Made by a program: the position numbers and the translations under genes. Under the pieces are notes generated by a model. The model searched no databases, was not told the origin of the DNA, and was given only the letters and a program-made list of their open reading frames with translations. From Catajapyx aquilonaris (lineage: Eukaryota): a stretch of 64,000 nt of DNA. The stretch spans positions 1 to 64,000 of the forward strand of contig KZ538492.1 in NCBI GenBank assembly GCA_000934665.2, in the 5' to 3' direction. Of the stretch, positions 40,990 to 53,050 are shown piece by piece (within the stretch, counting starts at the first letter, position 1; the number at the start of each line of letters is the position of its first letter).

Positions 40990-41599
40990 TGCGTAACATG
41001 AGTGCAGTATTTCTCCATGAAAACATTCACGGCATGTGCCATGAAAGATGTCATGGTGTGGATGGGTTCGTGGAATAGTCTGAAGTTTGATGATTAGTTT
41101 GTTAACATTCTGAACTCTTGAATTTATGCAGAAGGGAATACTAGCTTACCTCTCACACTTCTGGATTACATACACATTTTATTTTGAAAGCAAACTCAGG
41201 CTCTGTAATGTACCCACAGGATAGGGGTGAAAAGAAGCACAACTCCTCCAAGTCAGAGGCTTCATGTGTTCAGATATGCTAATAAGTGACTCATGCAAAC
41301 AACTGTGTAAATCTATACTTCAGCCTCAACTTTTTCCCTGTTGTAGCTAGAACCTAGAACCCTTCTCCTTTACTCTGCAGGTACCCTGCACAATATTGCC
41401 GGGTGTTACCATTTTTATGATAGTACCTAATAGCAGCCTGGTGAGCCTACGTTTGGTTCACTCTGCAGTTGCTGCTTTTTTGGCCTGAGAATAATAGACT
41501 AGAAAAGAAATATTAATATTGATCCTGCAATGTTTACCTGTCTAATGCAGCTCATGGTTCTGCAAACACATGTTCAAGACTGCTGCCTTAGGTATAATA

Positions 41600-41613
41600 T
41601 AATAATAATAATA

Positions 41614-41648
<35 letters not shown>

Positions 41649-41884
41649 TCATACCCCGTTATCAGCCATCGGCTCTTTAGGGGGGAAGTTTGTTTCACCT
41701 GGAACTCTTTGCTTTCATTTTACTGTGCTCTTTGGGATAGGATAGGGACAGAAGTAAGTGGCTGTGGCCTATTAATTACGGAAACCACAGAAAACCACGG
41801 TCGGAGTTGCCGGTCCCGGGATTTGATCCCAGGACCTCCCGATTAGCAGTCGGACACCATATCCCCTCCTCCAAACTGCTTCGG
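41600..41884 (-). mobile_element. tRNA-derived SINE with (ATT)n tail and 12-bp target-site duplication
   Basis: Minus-strand head ...GACTGCTAATCGGGAGGTCCTGGGATCAAATCCC (decayed anticodon/T arm), then GGTTTTCTGTGGTTTCC and an (ATT)n tail. TTAGGTATAATA lies at both 41588-41599 and 41885-41896. Confidence 0.75.
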
Positions 41885-41889
41885 TTAGG

Positions 41890-41890
<1 letters not shown>

Positions 41891-41958
<68 letters not shown>
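41891..41958. repeat. (AAT)n microsatellite
   Basis: About 22 perfect AAT units; a second AAT tract at ~41600-41648 is the SINE tail. Confidence 0.95.
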
Positions 41959-41959
<1 letters not shown>

Positions 41960-42841
41960 GGCCCTTCTGTATTCCATACATCTATAGGGTCCTCATCTGT
42001 ATATTCAACCAATCATGGATTGAAAATGGGGCTTTAAAAAAAACACATAGACTGAAAACAGTTCCAAAAAGTAAAACTTGAATTTGTCATGTGCTGAGCA
42101 CAACAATACAGTATAAGAACCCTAACTTCAAATGTTTCGGAGTTCTAACGATGCTACTAAATTCGAACTCCACACACAGTTTAAAAATGTGCTGGCTGTG
42201 TAAACGCCCAAGTTGTCTCTTGCTCGTGCTGCGAAAGCATCTTTGTGTTACGCTCAGGTGTTCTCAGTGCTTTTCTCGCATTATTTCGGTGTGTTTGGTA
42301 TAACCCATACCTTTTAACCATAGCATTTAATTGTGTCATTTTTACCTTAAATTATGTGTATTTGCTGTTATCAAAATGGGTACTGTTTAGGGTCTGGATA
42401 CGGATTAATATTCACTTTCTATTATTTCTAACGAGGATCATTGATTCGAACTTAGAACAATTCAGAGATCAAATGGCCTCCAGGAATTAAATTAAGTTCG
42501 AAGTACAAGGCACAACTGTATAACTAATCTAGAGATTATTCAGTGGACATGTGGATTGGTTATATGCAAATATAATGCAATTTCATACAGTGAAACCTTT
42601 GCTATTATATAGCGGAATCGCAAAGGAATAAGGACCCTAAAAAATTAATGTAATGAACAGGTTTCCACTACATTCAATATGGTACAGGTATTACTGCAAA
42701 TTCAGGTCCTACCTGTAATCCCACTATCAGAAAAATCTGCAATGGACAGGTTTCACTGTATGAGGAACTAGATCATGCACTGATTTTGGCATCCAGAGGG
42801 GGTCCTCGCACCAATTACATGGGGATATGGATGGGCCACAG
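41958..42841. mobile_element. Degenerate Tigger-like (MER2/Tigger3-resembling) composite element with nested insertion(s)
   Basis: Imperfect TIRs: GGCCCTTCTGTATTCCAT versus reverse complement GGCCCATCCATATCCCCAT. Internal blocks ATTCAACCAATCATGGATTGAAAAT, TTCCAAAAAGTAAAACTTGAATTTG, TAATCTAGAGAT, GGTTATATGCAAATA and GATTTTGGCATCC...GGGGGTCCT occur in the order recalled for MER2/Tigger3. Confidence 0.55.
42588..42758. mobile_element. Small Tigger-type MITE nested in the previous element
   Basis: TA|CAGTGAAACCT ... AGGTTTCACTG|TA; perfect 11-bp TIRs with TA duplication. Confidence 0.75.
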
Positions 42842-43262
42842 ATTTTGTTTTTTTTTTAAACCCCTTTCCAATTAGATTCTACAAACATCACTTTCAATAA
42901 GTGAAGCTTCGAAAGATATATACTTTTTAAAAAGAGCAGGAAATTGAACATGCCAACATTACAAATTGACTGCTACAGTATTGACTAACCGGAAACCAAA
43001 ATAATGGGGCCAATGACAGATTATAAAATTTGAATTTATTACTTTCGTGTATTATTATTACATTATTTTTAAGTTATTACTATATTTCAGGCGGCAGACA
43101 TGTCATGGTTAGGAAGGTTTAAATAATGAGGTATAATATATTAGGAAAAAGGGAAAGTTGGGAAAACAGGTGACAATGGGAATGCCTGAATGGGGGGGAT
43201 GACATGTGAGCCATTGTGGCTGCAGTCATTGTCACGGGCGCGTGGGATGAGGCTTACTCGTG

Positions 43263-44365
43263 TTAGGGTTGTTGCTGCGTAGTGGAGGTTGGTGAGGTGG
43301 AATTTGAAGGGGGTTTATTGTTTTGCAGGGGATGAGGAGAGGAGGCAGGGGGAGGGCTGACAGGTGGAGCAGCGGAAGAGGCAGCTGCAGTGGCTGTAAT
43401 GGTGCTGGCGTCACTGGTGCTGGTGGCAGTCGTGGCCATGGTGGCCGTGGCCAGGCCAGAAATGGGTGGCAGGAAGTAGGAGCGCACCTCCGCATTCAGC
43501 CTGGCCAGCTCCGGGTCCTGCTTCTCCAAGGAATGAACGCAATGGGCAAACTCAACACACCCTGCATCAAACACATCACATCATTAGTCAGCTGTAAGTA
43601 CCAAAACGTGACATGCGTCACACCTTGCCTGTCTGGTGGAAACCCATGCGTCTGCAGGACATCCGCATACACCTTAGCCACCAATGGAAAGACCAGCTGC
43701 ATCAACCTGAGCGCATCGTTCCCAGCCCCATCCCTGGCCTCCTCCAGTCGGTGGCTGGTGTCCGCCTGGCCTAAGGCACGCAGGACATCACAAAGCACCG
43801 CTACAACCAAGGTAAGTTAATTAATTGGCTGCTCATTTCAATTAAAACTAGAAAAACCCTCGTTTCGCTCGCATTTTTCTGTGGCGACCTCCATCAGATG
43901 GTTTTCTGCGCCATAGAAAAACCCTCGCCAGAAAAATTCTAGCGAAGCGAGGGTTTTTCTAGGGCGCAGAAAACCACTCATTTTTCTACGTAAAATGTCG
44001 AATACATCTGGCGACCTCCGGACCGATGGTATTCGGCGCCATAGAAAAATGGAGCGAAGCGAGGGTTTTTCTACGGCACAGAAAACCACTCGCTTCGCTC
44101 GTGTTTTTAAAAAGTTGCAATGTCCAGTACCTCTGGCGACCTCCGGACTGACATCCCCGTCCCCTCCTCGTCCTAGTCCGTCCCCTGTGACATCCTCAGA
44201 GGCCGCCGACCTCAACAGCAGGTCCTCCTCCTCGTCCTCATCCTCCGCTTCGTGTCCTCCTTCTCCCTCCTCCTCCTCATCCTCCGCCTCGTCCGCGTCC
44301 TCCGGGTGCCTCCTGTGCGACTTCCTATGCTCCCCTCGACGACCCCCGCCCTGTCCCCTCAGCAT
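43263..44365 (-). CDS. C12orf57: Protein C10 (C12orf57/Grcc10) homologue, ~236 aa, three exons
   Basis: Exons 44365-44131, 43800-43624, 43561-43263 (711 nt, two phase-1 GT-AG introns). Core DVSPEVARAVLCDVLRAL...RLEEARDGAGNDALRLMQLVFPLVAKVYADVLQTHGFPPDRQGCVEFAHCVHSLEKQDPELARLNAEVRSYFLPP aligns with C10 as recalled (R.DEARDNACND, YGF, QDPEIA.L, FLPP). AATAAA on the minus strand at 43035-43040. Start codon less certain. Confidence 0.9.
43846..44148. repeat. Degenerate ~126-bp tandem repeat with internal palindromes, in C10 intron 1
   Basis: TGGCGACCTCC at 43882, 44009 and 44134. AGAAAAACCCTCG twice and its reverse complement CGAGGGTTTTTCT twice. AGCGAAGCGAG/CTCGCTTCGCT motifs. Confidence 0.7.
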
Positions 44366-47300
44366 CCCTCTGCCCACCGACCGACCGTCGTTGTCGTCCG
44401 CACTCCGACACACTTCTTCTTCGGCAGACCAGCTGCAGTGCTCCGGTCCCGGAAACCGACGACCTTCCCGCCATCTACCGGGTCCTCTCCTGTTAGTTTA
44501 GCCCCCGACCGACCCATGGCAGCACAGTCGCGGTGGAAATCAAGTTTCGCCCTCACTTTTGCCGCCCTTTGTTGCGTCACCCCTCATTGATTGGCCTTAA
44601 GACACATGTAGGTCATACTCCCCATTGCCACGTCGCCCGAATTTGTGTGGCATTGCCCCCACTGTCCCACCCACACGCACCTGCAGCGTACAACGTACTC
44701 GCTTTTTTTTTTGTACCCGGTTTTTTTCCTCTTCATTTACCGCCTCGTTGTTGTCTTTCCCACCCCACCCCACGTCTCATCCTCCCCCAACCTTAAACCA
44801 ATCAGGTCACACTCGACCCCCACCCACCCTCCCTTCCCTTCCTCAAGCAATGTTGCCAGATTGGTGTCAATTCCGATGCAAAAATAATGCAATCTTGGCT
44901 AATTAAAAGAGAGGAAGATCCTACAGTGTACGGAGGGACTGCTGCTGTGACACATGTTGCGCTTGGATGGGGGGTACGGAGTGTGACAAAGTTCGGTGTC
45001 ATTGACTGATGGGGGAGGCTGTTGCACTGTGGACGTTACAAATAAAACAAGTTGTTATGATGTGTTACACTGTTGTGCACAGCTTTGTGCACAGAACGTA
45101 TTAAAAATAGCGCGTATGAAATGGTCAACTCCCATGTATACTACTGTACCGCTAGTGCCCAGATTAGGGCCTTGAATACATTCGACCGAAAGTGTGCCCT
45201 GCAGCATTTATAACAAGAAATTGCACGTGGGACTACAGTGCCAAGTGACGCAATTGGACGGTAATATTACTCTGCGACACATTGAATGGCACCCCCACCT
45301 CCCCGCCCCATACACGGTGCGTGTACAGTTCTGCAACATTAGCACTCCAGGTGTGTAAATTATAAATATAGATTCGCGCTATTACCAAATAGTTACCCTC
45401 GTGTTATGTTGTTGGAATACACTGTACTTGTGATGAATATTTCGTACACAAAGTAATGTGATCCTTGCGCAATTTATTTACAGTAGAGGACTCTATCCAG
45501 GACGTTCTTTCGAGGGGGCGGACACTGCATACCACGATTTGAGAACCGTACAGAGATAACGCATCTCCGTTATTTTACCCTTACGTGAAAGTGCAGCTTT
45601 CAGGATGACAGCAATGGTCGTCGTTTAGATAGAACCAGTAATAATAGATGCCGACACATCACGAACTAGTCTGCTGGCGGCCTTGTCCGAAGTATAAACA
45701 CTCAAAACCGAAGCGTACTCGATATATAGCTATTTGTCTAAATGACGTGCCGTACACAGCGCACATTTGCATATAGAGTAATATACGCCGCACGTGGTCT
45801 CGTACATTAATATGCATAATTATTTAATGACTAGTTGATTGCACCCCATGAGTTTCCGTCCTGAGTGAATAATGAATCGTAATAATGCTTATCCGGAACT
45901 TCATTTGCCATTTTAGTAATTTAAGCGCCTTGGGTGCTGCAGTTGTCTTCAGAAGCGTAACTTGAAAAAGTCGATGCCTCGTGCAGTGTACGGTTTCCGG
46001 TACCGCTGATCGCCCGCAGCGTAACATTCTTGCTACAAAGAATGATTCAGGGACCCCTTATCGCACGAGATAACGAGGCCTTTCAATCAAAATGAAATCT
46101 GCTGAGAGCCGCATTTTCTAACCGCACGCCTGTAGGACGCAACCGAAACCTTCCAAAATGTTCCATTACGGGTCAATTGCGCGTATTTTAAATTCGCCGC
46201 TATTTAAAAAAAAAAAATTACAACGCACAAGTGGTGCACTGCAATCGTTGCAGTCAGTAAAAGTGGCCTACTTTTGCATGTCTCATGACTGTGTGAAAAG
46301 CAATTTGTGGTTTTATATACTTGACGGCCTTCTGGAAGGTAACATCAACGATACATTGTCTTCTCACTGCCACGTCCAGTCCAAATATAAGAACTGATTT
46401 CGACATCCGGTGCTCGTAAATGTAGGCCAGAATTTCCATGAATGAACGGACTCTGTCTATAAACATATCCAACAACATGCGTACTACACATCAGGATCTA
46501 TCAACAACAAATTGTTGGGCCACCCCCCCCTACTAATTAATTTTTAATTCGATATTAAGTTAAACTAATTGATTTCGACACACTTCAACGAATGCCATGA
46601 CATACAACAGTGCGCATGTGCAGCTGCCTAACCAGTATGCGCATGCGCAGTACACATCAGGATCTACCAACAAGCCCCGCCCCCCCCCATTGTTGGACCA
46701 GCCTCCTGCTAATTAACTCATAAGTAAATTAATATCAATTTTTAATGCGATTCCAGATGTACATTGCACCCTCCGGAATGCACCCTTCCAAACGTGGCAA
46801 CCCCGCGAACCGGGGCGCCGTAAACACGGGGGAGGAGCTAAAAAAATGTGTGTACTGTGTATCAGGAGGTGGTTTGGGCCAGGGGGTGGTCGGTTGGGTG
46901 TATGTGTGTGTGTGTGTGTGTGGTGAGGGGGTCTAGATGTTCGGACTGGCCAAGCGCCAGAGAGAGAAAGTCGCAACGCAGCCCCCCTCCCCACCCCAGC
47001 AACCTCTCTCGTTTTACTATCCTCCTGAAAGTCAGTTGCCTCCGTTCCGCCGCCAACGTCGGGAGGTCACTCCTGTAAAAGAGAGCGGCCGTCCTTTTTT
47101 TTATATATATTATTATTGTGTTACGGGCACCCCGTGATTTCTCACTGCACGAATTGGCCCGGAATTGGCCTACCTCACCGGATCACTTGTTGCGTGTGGA
47201 ACCTCTGGATGGAAAGGCAGAAGGTGTGTGTTTAGTGCATCCTTGCCAAGTGCGTAGTCTGGGCTTTTGAAAAGGAGAAGAAAAAAAAGTGCGTGGGCGG

Positions 47301-50300
47301 ATGTGCAGGGCTTAATTCGGGGTGATATAATATCCGGATAAGGTTTGTGTGTGTCCTCTTTAGTCCTGGAGTGATATGTGCAGCACGTGGCCAAGGCAAC
47401 AGGCTACAGTGGGGGTAGAATAGATCAAAATATAGATCAACCCCTGCTGTTTTTATCTGGCAAAATAATACAAACACGATTGTCACGAGTGGGTGCGTCG
47501 GTATGGGTGGTAAACACGCACCTGATGCATCTGACCCAAGTCAAATTGCAAAACGTAGCTGGAGCGTGCTTGCACATTAATATTTGGAAACATGGCTAAA
47601 AAGGACAACGCAACAATAATCGAGACGTAGTACACGGCCAAGGACATGGTTTTTCAATTGTTCGACCTAGCAACCTGTTGCAAAATTGGAAGCGACACGC
47701 GTTACGCAACGGATATATCGATTCATCCCAGTCTTGATTAGTTTCTGGCGCCTTGGGAGGAGTTTAGCATTACAGGCTGTAATGAGCGACAAAGTTGCAA
47801 CTCTGGCCAAAAGCCGTGGCGAAAAACAGTATTTTGTATCCGCGCGTTGGAGCGTGTCGCAACGGAATTGACGGAATGTGCAAACAGCAAATGTATGGAG
47901 GTGCGGACAGTGTGTCGCCTGGACCAGGACACTTTGTCGCCCCTGATGGGAGGGTGCCCTTTAAACAGTTCGCCCTTTGACTGCGCGCGACGTGACGTAA
48001 GGAAATGGTGACGAAAACTTGCTTGCTAGCCTGGGAACAAGCGATAGGACCCCCCCCCCCCCTCTCCCCCCTCCCTCCCTCCCGATAGATAGATACACAC
48101 ACCCGATAGATTTGATGGACAGGCATAGGACATTCAACTGGCAACTCTCACCCCTGATTGGGGGAGGAGGAACACCCACGCAAACAATAACAACTTTTTA
48201 TTATTCTGTCCGAGGGGCAGTGGACAAATTGGACAATTTGTCATTTTTATAAGGAGTCCGCAGCAGGTTCGTTATGTTGTTATCAAAAATTGTGGCTGCA
48301 CCCTGTACGTTGCGTATATACAAGTCAATTTTTCAGTCGAAGGGAAATGGAATTTCCTGTTTACATCCTATATCGTAGGTTCATACTTTGCGCGTAAATA
48401 AGACTGTGAAGGTCCCAGTGTGATTCACACAGGTTTTTATAACAGGTGAGACGTCGGCGTCGTAATGAGTAAAAACTCTGACAAACGGTGTACCGCTGCG
48501 CACGTGCAGTATCCTCCGACACGTGCTACCCAGCACACGTGTTTGGTATGGAGTTTGCCCCCGCGTGTGTTACAGGAAGCTACTCATTGAATAATCTTCA
48601 TACGCTGACTTCCGCGTAGTTCCCGCCTCGTATACGTGTTCTTCAGTTACAACCGCGTGCAACAAAGTAAACAAGCGTGTATTTATATCTTCTCGACGCT
48701 TTTTGATTCGAGATACCAAACAACAAGCCCGCCCCCCTTTCTGGGCCCTTTCTGGGGTCGAACAAACTGCTGCGCCATATACACAAACACGTACTGTGCA
48801 TATCGTGTGACTTGGGCAGACTGTATGTCGTTGTAGCATTTGGCACCCTATTCAAAGCACTACAGGGGGCTTCGAAATAGGGCGCGATTATGAAACACCA
48901 TTTGCTACAAAGTTCCGCACCTGCGACACTTTGTTTATGGCAATTTATTAACTTCTCAGATGGGGGCCTCTATTAGGAGTGTGGGCTGGGTTTCTCTTGG
49001 CGACGGACTTGACGACGATGTCTCGTGCGTAGGATGCGTTTATTTTCTGCCTACCGCGGGCTTGAAAAGGTCGGGCTGTTTTCCCCCATCCTGAATCTCT
49101 CAGCTTCCCCTCGACCTTTAAAAAAAACATGAATTGATCGATAGGAATTTGGCCCACGCATTGTAACCTATAGGAGCATCAGTCAGGACATGGAAAATGT
49201 CATAGAGATAGCCCACCCGTCCCATTCATCCGGCTGCAGTGTCATTCATGCTACCGGATGCACGAAGTTGATTATCATTATTTTGGTGGCACCGTAAATG
49301 TCATTGGTATATCCGGACTTAATGAGCAGTATTACGTATGTGTTAGGCAGGTGCACTGTAATGGCCTGGAGTGCTGTAATGGCCATCAGGGATGATAGTC
49401 GTCAGGCGGAATATAACTTGGCAAATAGGCGTGGTCGCTTCTTTTTTTCCCGGAGACGGATGATGATGTCCAGCCTGGGGAAGTTTGTATGGGAAACCTC
49501 CATATTACATGCAGCGTATTTGTCGCCGATAATGACCCACCCTCCGCCCTCCACTTCTTCCCGGTTGAGCAAATACGACTAGGTTTGCTTTTGGTGGGGC
49601 CACCCAAAGGAGAAAGAGGGGGGGTCCAAGGATTCATTACTACTGCGATTATCTGCATTTTGAGCTATTTATAATGCTGATGGGATTGCTCCACATTGGG
49701 GGGGGGGGGTTAAGTCTATTATTGGATAGTACAATTAGTGTCCATCGCAGTTTTTTTAAAATATATTTGTTTGTCAATAAAACGGAGGTGGACATATACA
49801 ATGGGCGGTGCATTGCAGACTCGGGCGGACTAATACGCACTATCCACGCAGTAGTATTTCATCAGTCGTGCCTCAAAGGCATTTTATTTCACGGCCGTCA
49901 CGGTCAATCTGCTTTCGCCAGGCGTATAAGCCCCAATCGCTCCTGACGACTCGGCCGGATTCAAATCGTCCGAGAGTGAATCACACTCTCGGCCATGGTC
50001 ATTTTTGGCCTTTTTAAACCCACATGTCAACGTGCACACACACACACAAAAAAAAAAAAATGCGTCACACTGTTGTAGGCCGGAATTTTTCATTTCCCCC
50101 CGATTTTTTACAGACAAATATGTAAAAACAAATTTAACAGAAAATAATTCAGGCACACCTGGATTGATATTAATCGATATCAGTTCATTTTAATCGATAT
50201 TAATGTATTGATGAATGAATTTGTAATGCCATTTAAGTGCCACTGATGGTTAATTTGAGGCCGTCTGGCATTTACTTCTCAGGTAGCGTGCACGTGGCCT

Positions 50301-53050
50301 TTTGAGGGAGGTGTTGCCCCGTTCAAATTGTGACATAATAACCAGGCGGTGATGTATGAATGGGGTGCATCGATCCATTGCATCGACCTCCCTGCCGTTA
50401 TTTGTGATGGTGTTACCTTTTTTTATATAGAAAAAAAGGAAAAAAGGAAAAGAGGCAAGCTAGGCCAAACGTGCAAGAATAAGAGTCTGTCATCCGTGCT
50501 GGCTGAACCTTGGTGCTGTGTACGTGTTCGGTGCTTGCTTAACTGTGGACGGCATTCCTTGCATTCTTGCACTCCCCCTGGTTGGAATGCCAAAAACCGG
50601 AAATTCTGCCCGACTCTATCAAAGGAGCTGTTCTGATGACGTATAGTATTTTTGTGAGGGGGGTATAGAAGACAAGAGGACATTTGGGAGCTTGGAATGC
50701 AAGGTTGTGTCGTCACGTCTTCCGGATACCTCCCCCGCAAATGTTCATTGCTCTTAGTGACACGCTTAATTGACAGCCTAACCCAGGGTTTAATGCTTCC
50801 TTTTGGAAGCCCGCTGTGGGTGGGCTTGAAGGGTGAAATGCAATTAAGGTCATACCGATTTTCTGTCGAGAGCTTCCGGTTACTCAACGAGTCCTGTTGT
50901 ATCTTATGGAGTCCACGTGAATATTGAACCTTGACTCCACAGGGTGCTCGAACGAGGAAACTGATATTTTTATTAGTCACCTTTCTATAAGTGCAGTGCA
51001 AGTGCTTACGTTGCTGCACTTCGCATTAATGGCCACACCGGCCTTGTCAGCATGATTGTTTACACGATGCAAATATTTGCAACTTGTACAGTGTACAAAA
51101 AGACAGATGCACGTTGCACAAAAATTGAGTGCTATAGCACACTGAGATGTCCTTGGGACACCCACCGTTGTCTGGCTCGTGACCTGCATGGACTGCGTTG
51201 AAGGCATGAATACACAAGTACGTTTGGGTACGGATAGTCTGGTGTAATCGAAGTTGTTTCCAGGCCTGTCGTGGAAATGTTAGTGTGTGCGGTGACGTCC
51301 CTCGTTTGGCTCTAGAGATTGCGTGTTGATCGGAAGGAAGGTCGTCCTGCCAAAGGTCACACTCTTTCTAGATCCACACACACATAAAATCGACCCCATC
51401 AGCAAAAGGGGGCAAAAAAATATCAGGGACTTGAGGAGGGCTTGAATATTGTAATCTGACCACTTTTGCATTGTTGCTACACAATTCTTGGCTCTCTCTC
51501 TTTTTTTTTTTTGCGAGGTCTTTTCCCGACAACCCAAATAGGCATGTCGCGGATTGTAGGGGGGTGGAAGGGGGGGCTGAAAAGAAGGGGGCGGTAAAGC
51601 TTGGCGCCTGGTGCCGACTCCTAAAGTTGTTTGGGTCGAAACTCAAAATAACAGCTTGTAAGAAGGGAGTCCAGGCGAAGATGAGCCTAGGCCGCCATCA
51701 ATGAATGGATTCTTGTGAGGAAAAAATAGCTGAAAGAAATTTAACCTAGTTAAAATATTATATATAAGAGCTTGTAATCAGCAGGATGTGAGTAAACATG
51801 TTCAATTCATGGGATGATTTTGTAATATATTTGCTATCTTGTCCTACAAGAATAATTGCGGAATGTTTCGTTTTATGGCTTGATAACTGAAGGAAAAACT
51901 AGTGGTCTGTCATATGTGGGGGAGGGGGGGACGCCTTACTTATCTGAAGACTTAGGACTGTATCAGTTTGATTGGTGCATCGACTTTCCCAGCATGTGGA
52001 TGTAACGTGCGAATCCTGAGAAAACTTGGGCGAACACACAGAGAATTGTATTTCAAAATTGCATACTGGAAGATGATAAGGAAGATAATTATTTTTGCAT
52101 AATGGGCAAGAAGGTGACATGATGCACATGCATCATCAGGTCATTAGTCGTGAGTCATCATAAGTAGGCTACTCAAATCATGAGGTTAGTACAGGATGCA
52201 GGTAGGGATTATCTGGAAATTGTGCAAGGTTAGGAAGAGTAACTATACAGTATAATAGGGACGGGTGGCTGAAATTATGCAAAGTGATATCAGCATTTAC
52301 TGAAATGAGGGGGAATTATCTTGCCTGGAAACGGATTCTCGATATATCATACCAGTACAGTATTGTAAGTGCAGAGTCAAGTTCTACAACCGGCCTACTG
52401 TTACATATGTTAACAACGGTTACATCTCTTACGGTGAACAATCCTTGGGTAATAAATAAGTCATTGAACTCATTTTCACAAGTTAGTATAATTATTATTG
52501 GAGCCTGAGTGTGATTTTTGGATTTCATTTCCCATCAGTAATAAGGTGATCCTCTTTTCAGCTGGAACCTGCTAGTGATGCTGATGGTGCCAGGTCAAAG
52601 GACAAGTGCACTGGGTGACCTCTGGAGGTGAATGAAACTAGAGATTCCTGATGACGATAAGAAGAGGCGAGTATTTTAAATATTCAGGGTGCAGTAATAG
52701 GAATCCTGCCAGTGAGACCCAGGATGAAATAAGAGACCACCCGAGGGAGGAACTCTCAGAGGAAGCGTCCAACCATAATGGCTGAGGACATGAGCCTGAC
52801 TCTGTCTAGCCAAAGTGCATTCAGCTGGATGACTGGGAGTGCAACAGGCAGTCAGGTGTGTAATTTGTCTAGTGAACCAAGGTGCAAGTCACTAAAAGAT
52901 CCTGTTTGAGGGAAATGATCAAATGCGTCTCCTGATATAACTGAACAGTAACATTCTTGCGTACAGGAAATGTCAGAGGACATGCCCGGAGAAAAGAGTT
53001 TGTGAGGCAGGAAAACAGATGAAGCTCCTGCTGCAACAGGTCAAGCAAAT

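Noticed and set aside
52862..52894. AATTTGTCTAG, identical to the U7 snRNA Sm site, overlapping a TAGTGA/TCACTA stem (vertebrate U7 lies beside C12orf57)
   Set aside because: No CU-rich histone-downstream-element-complementary 5' segment, the stem is short and overlaps the Sm site, and it sits in a probable VKR intron.
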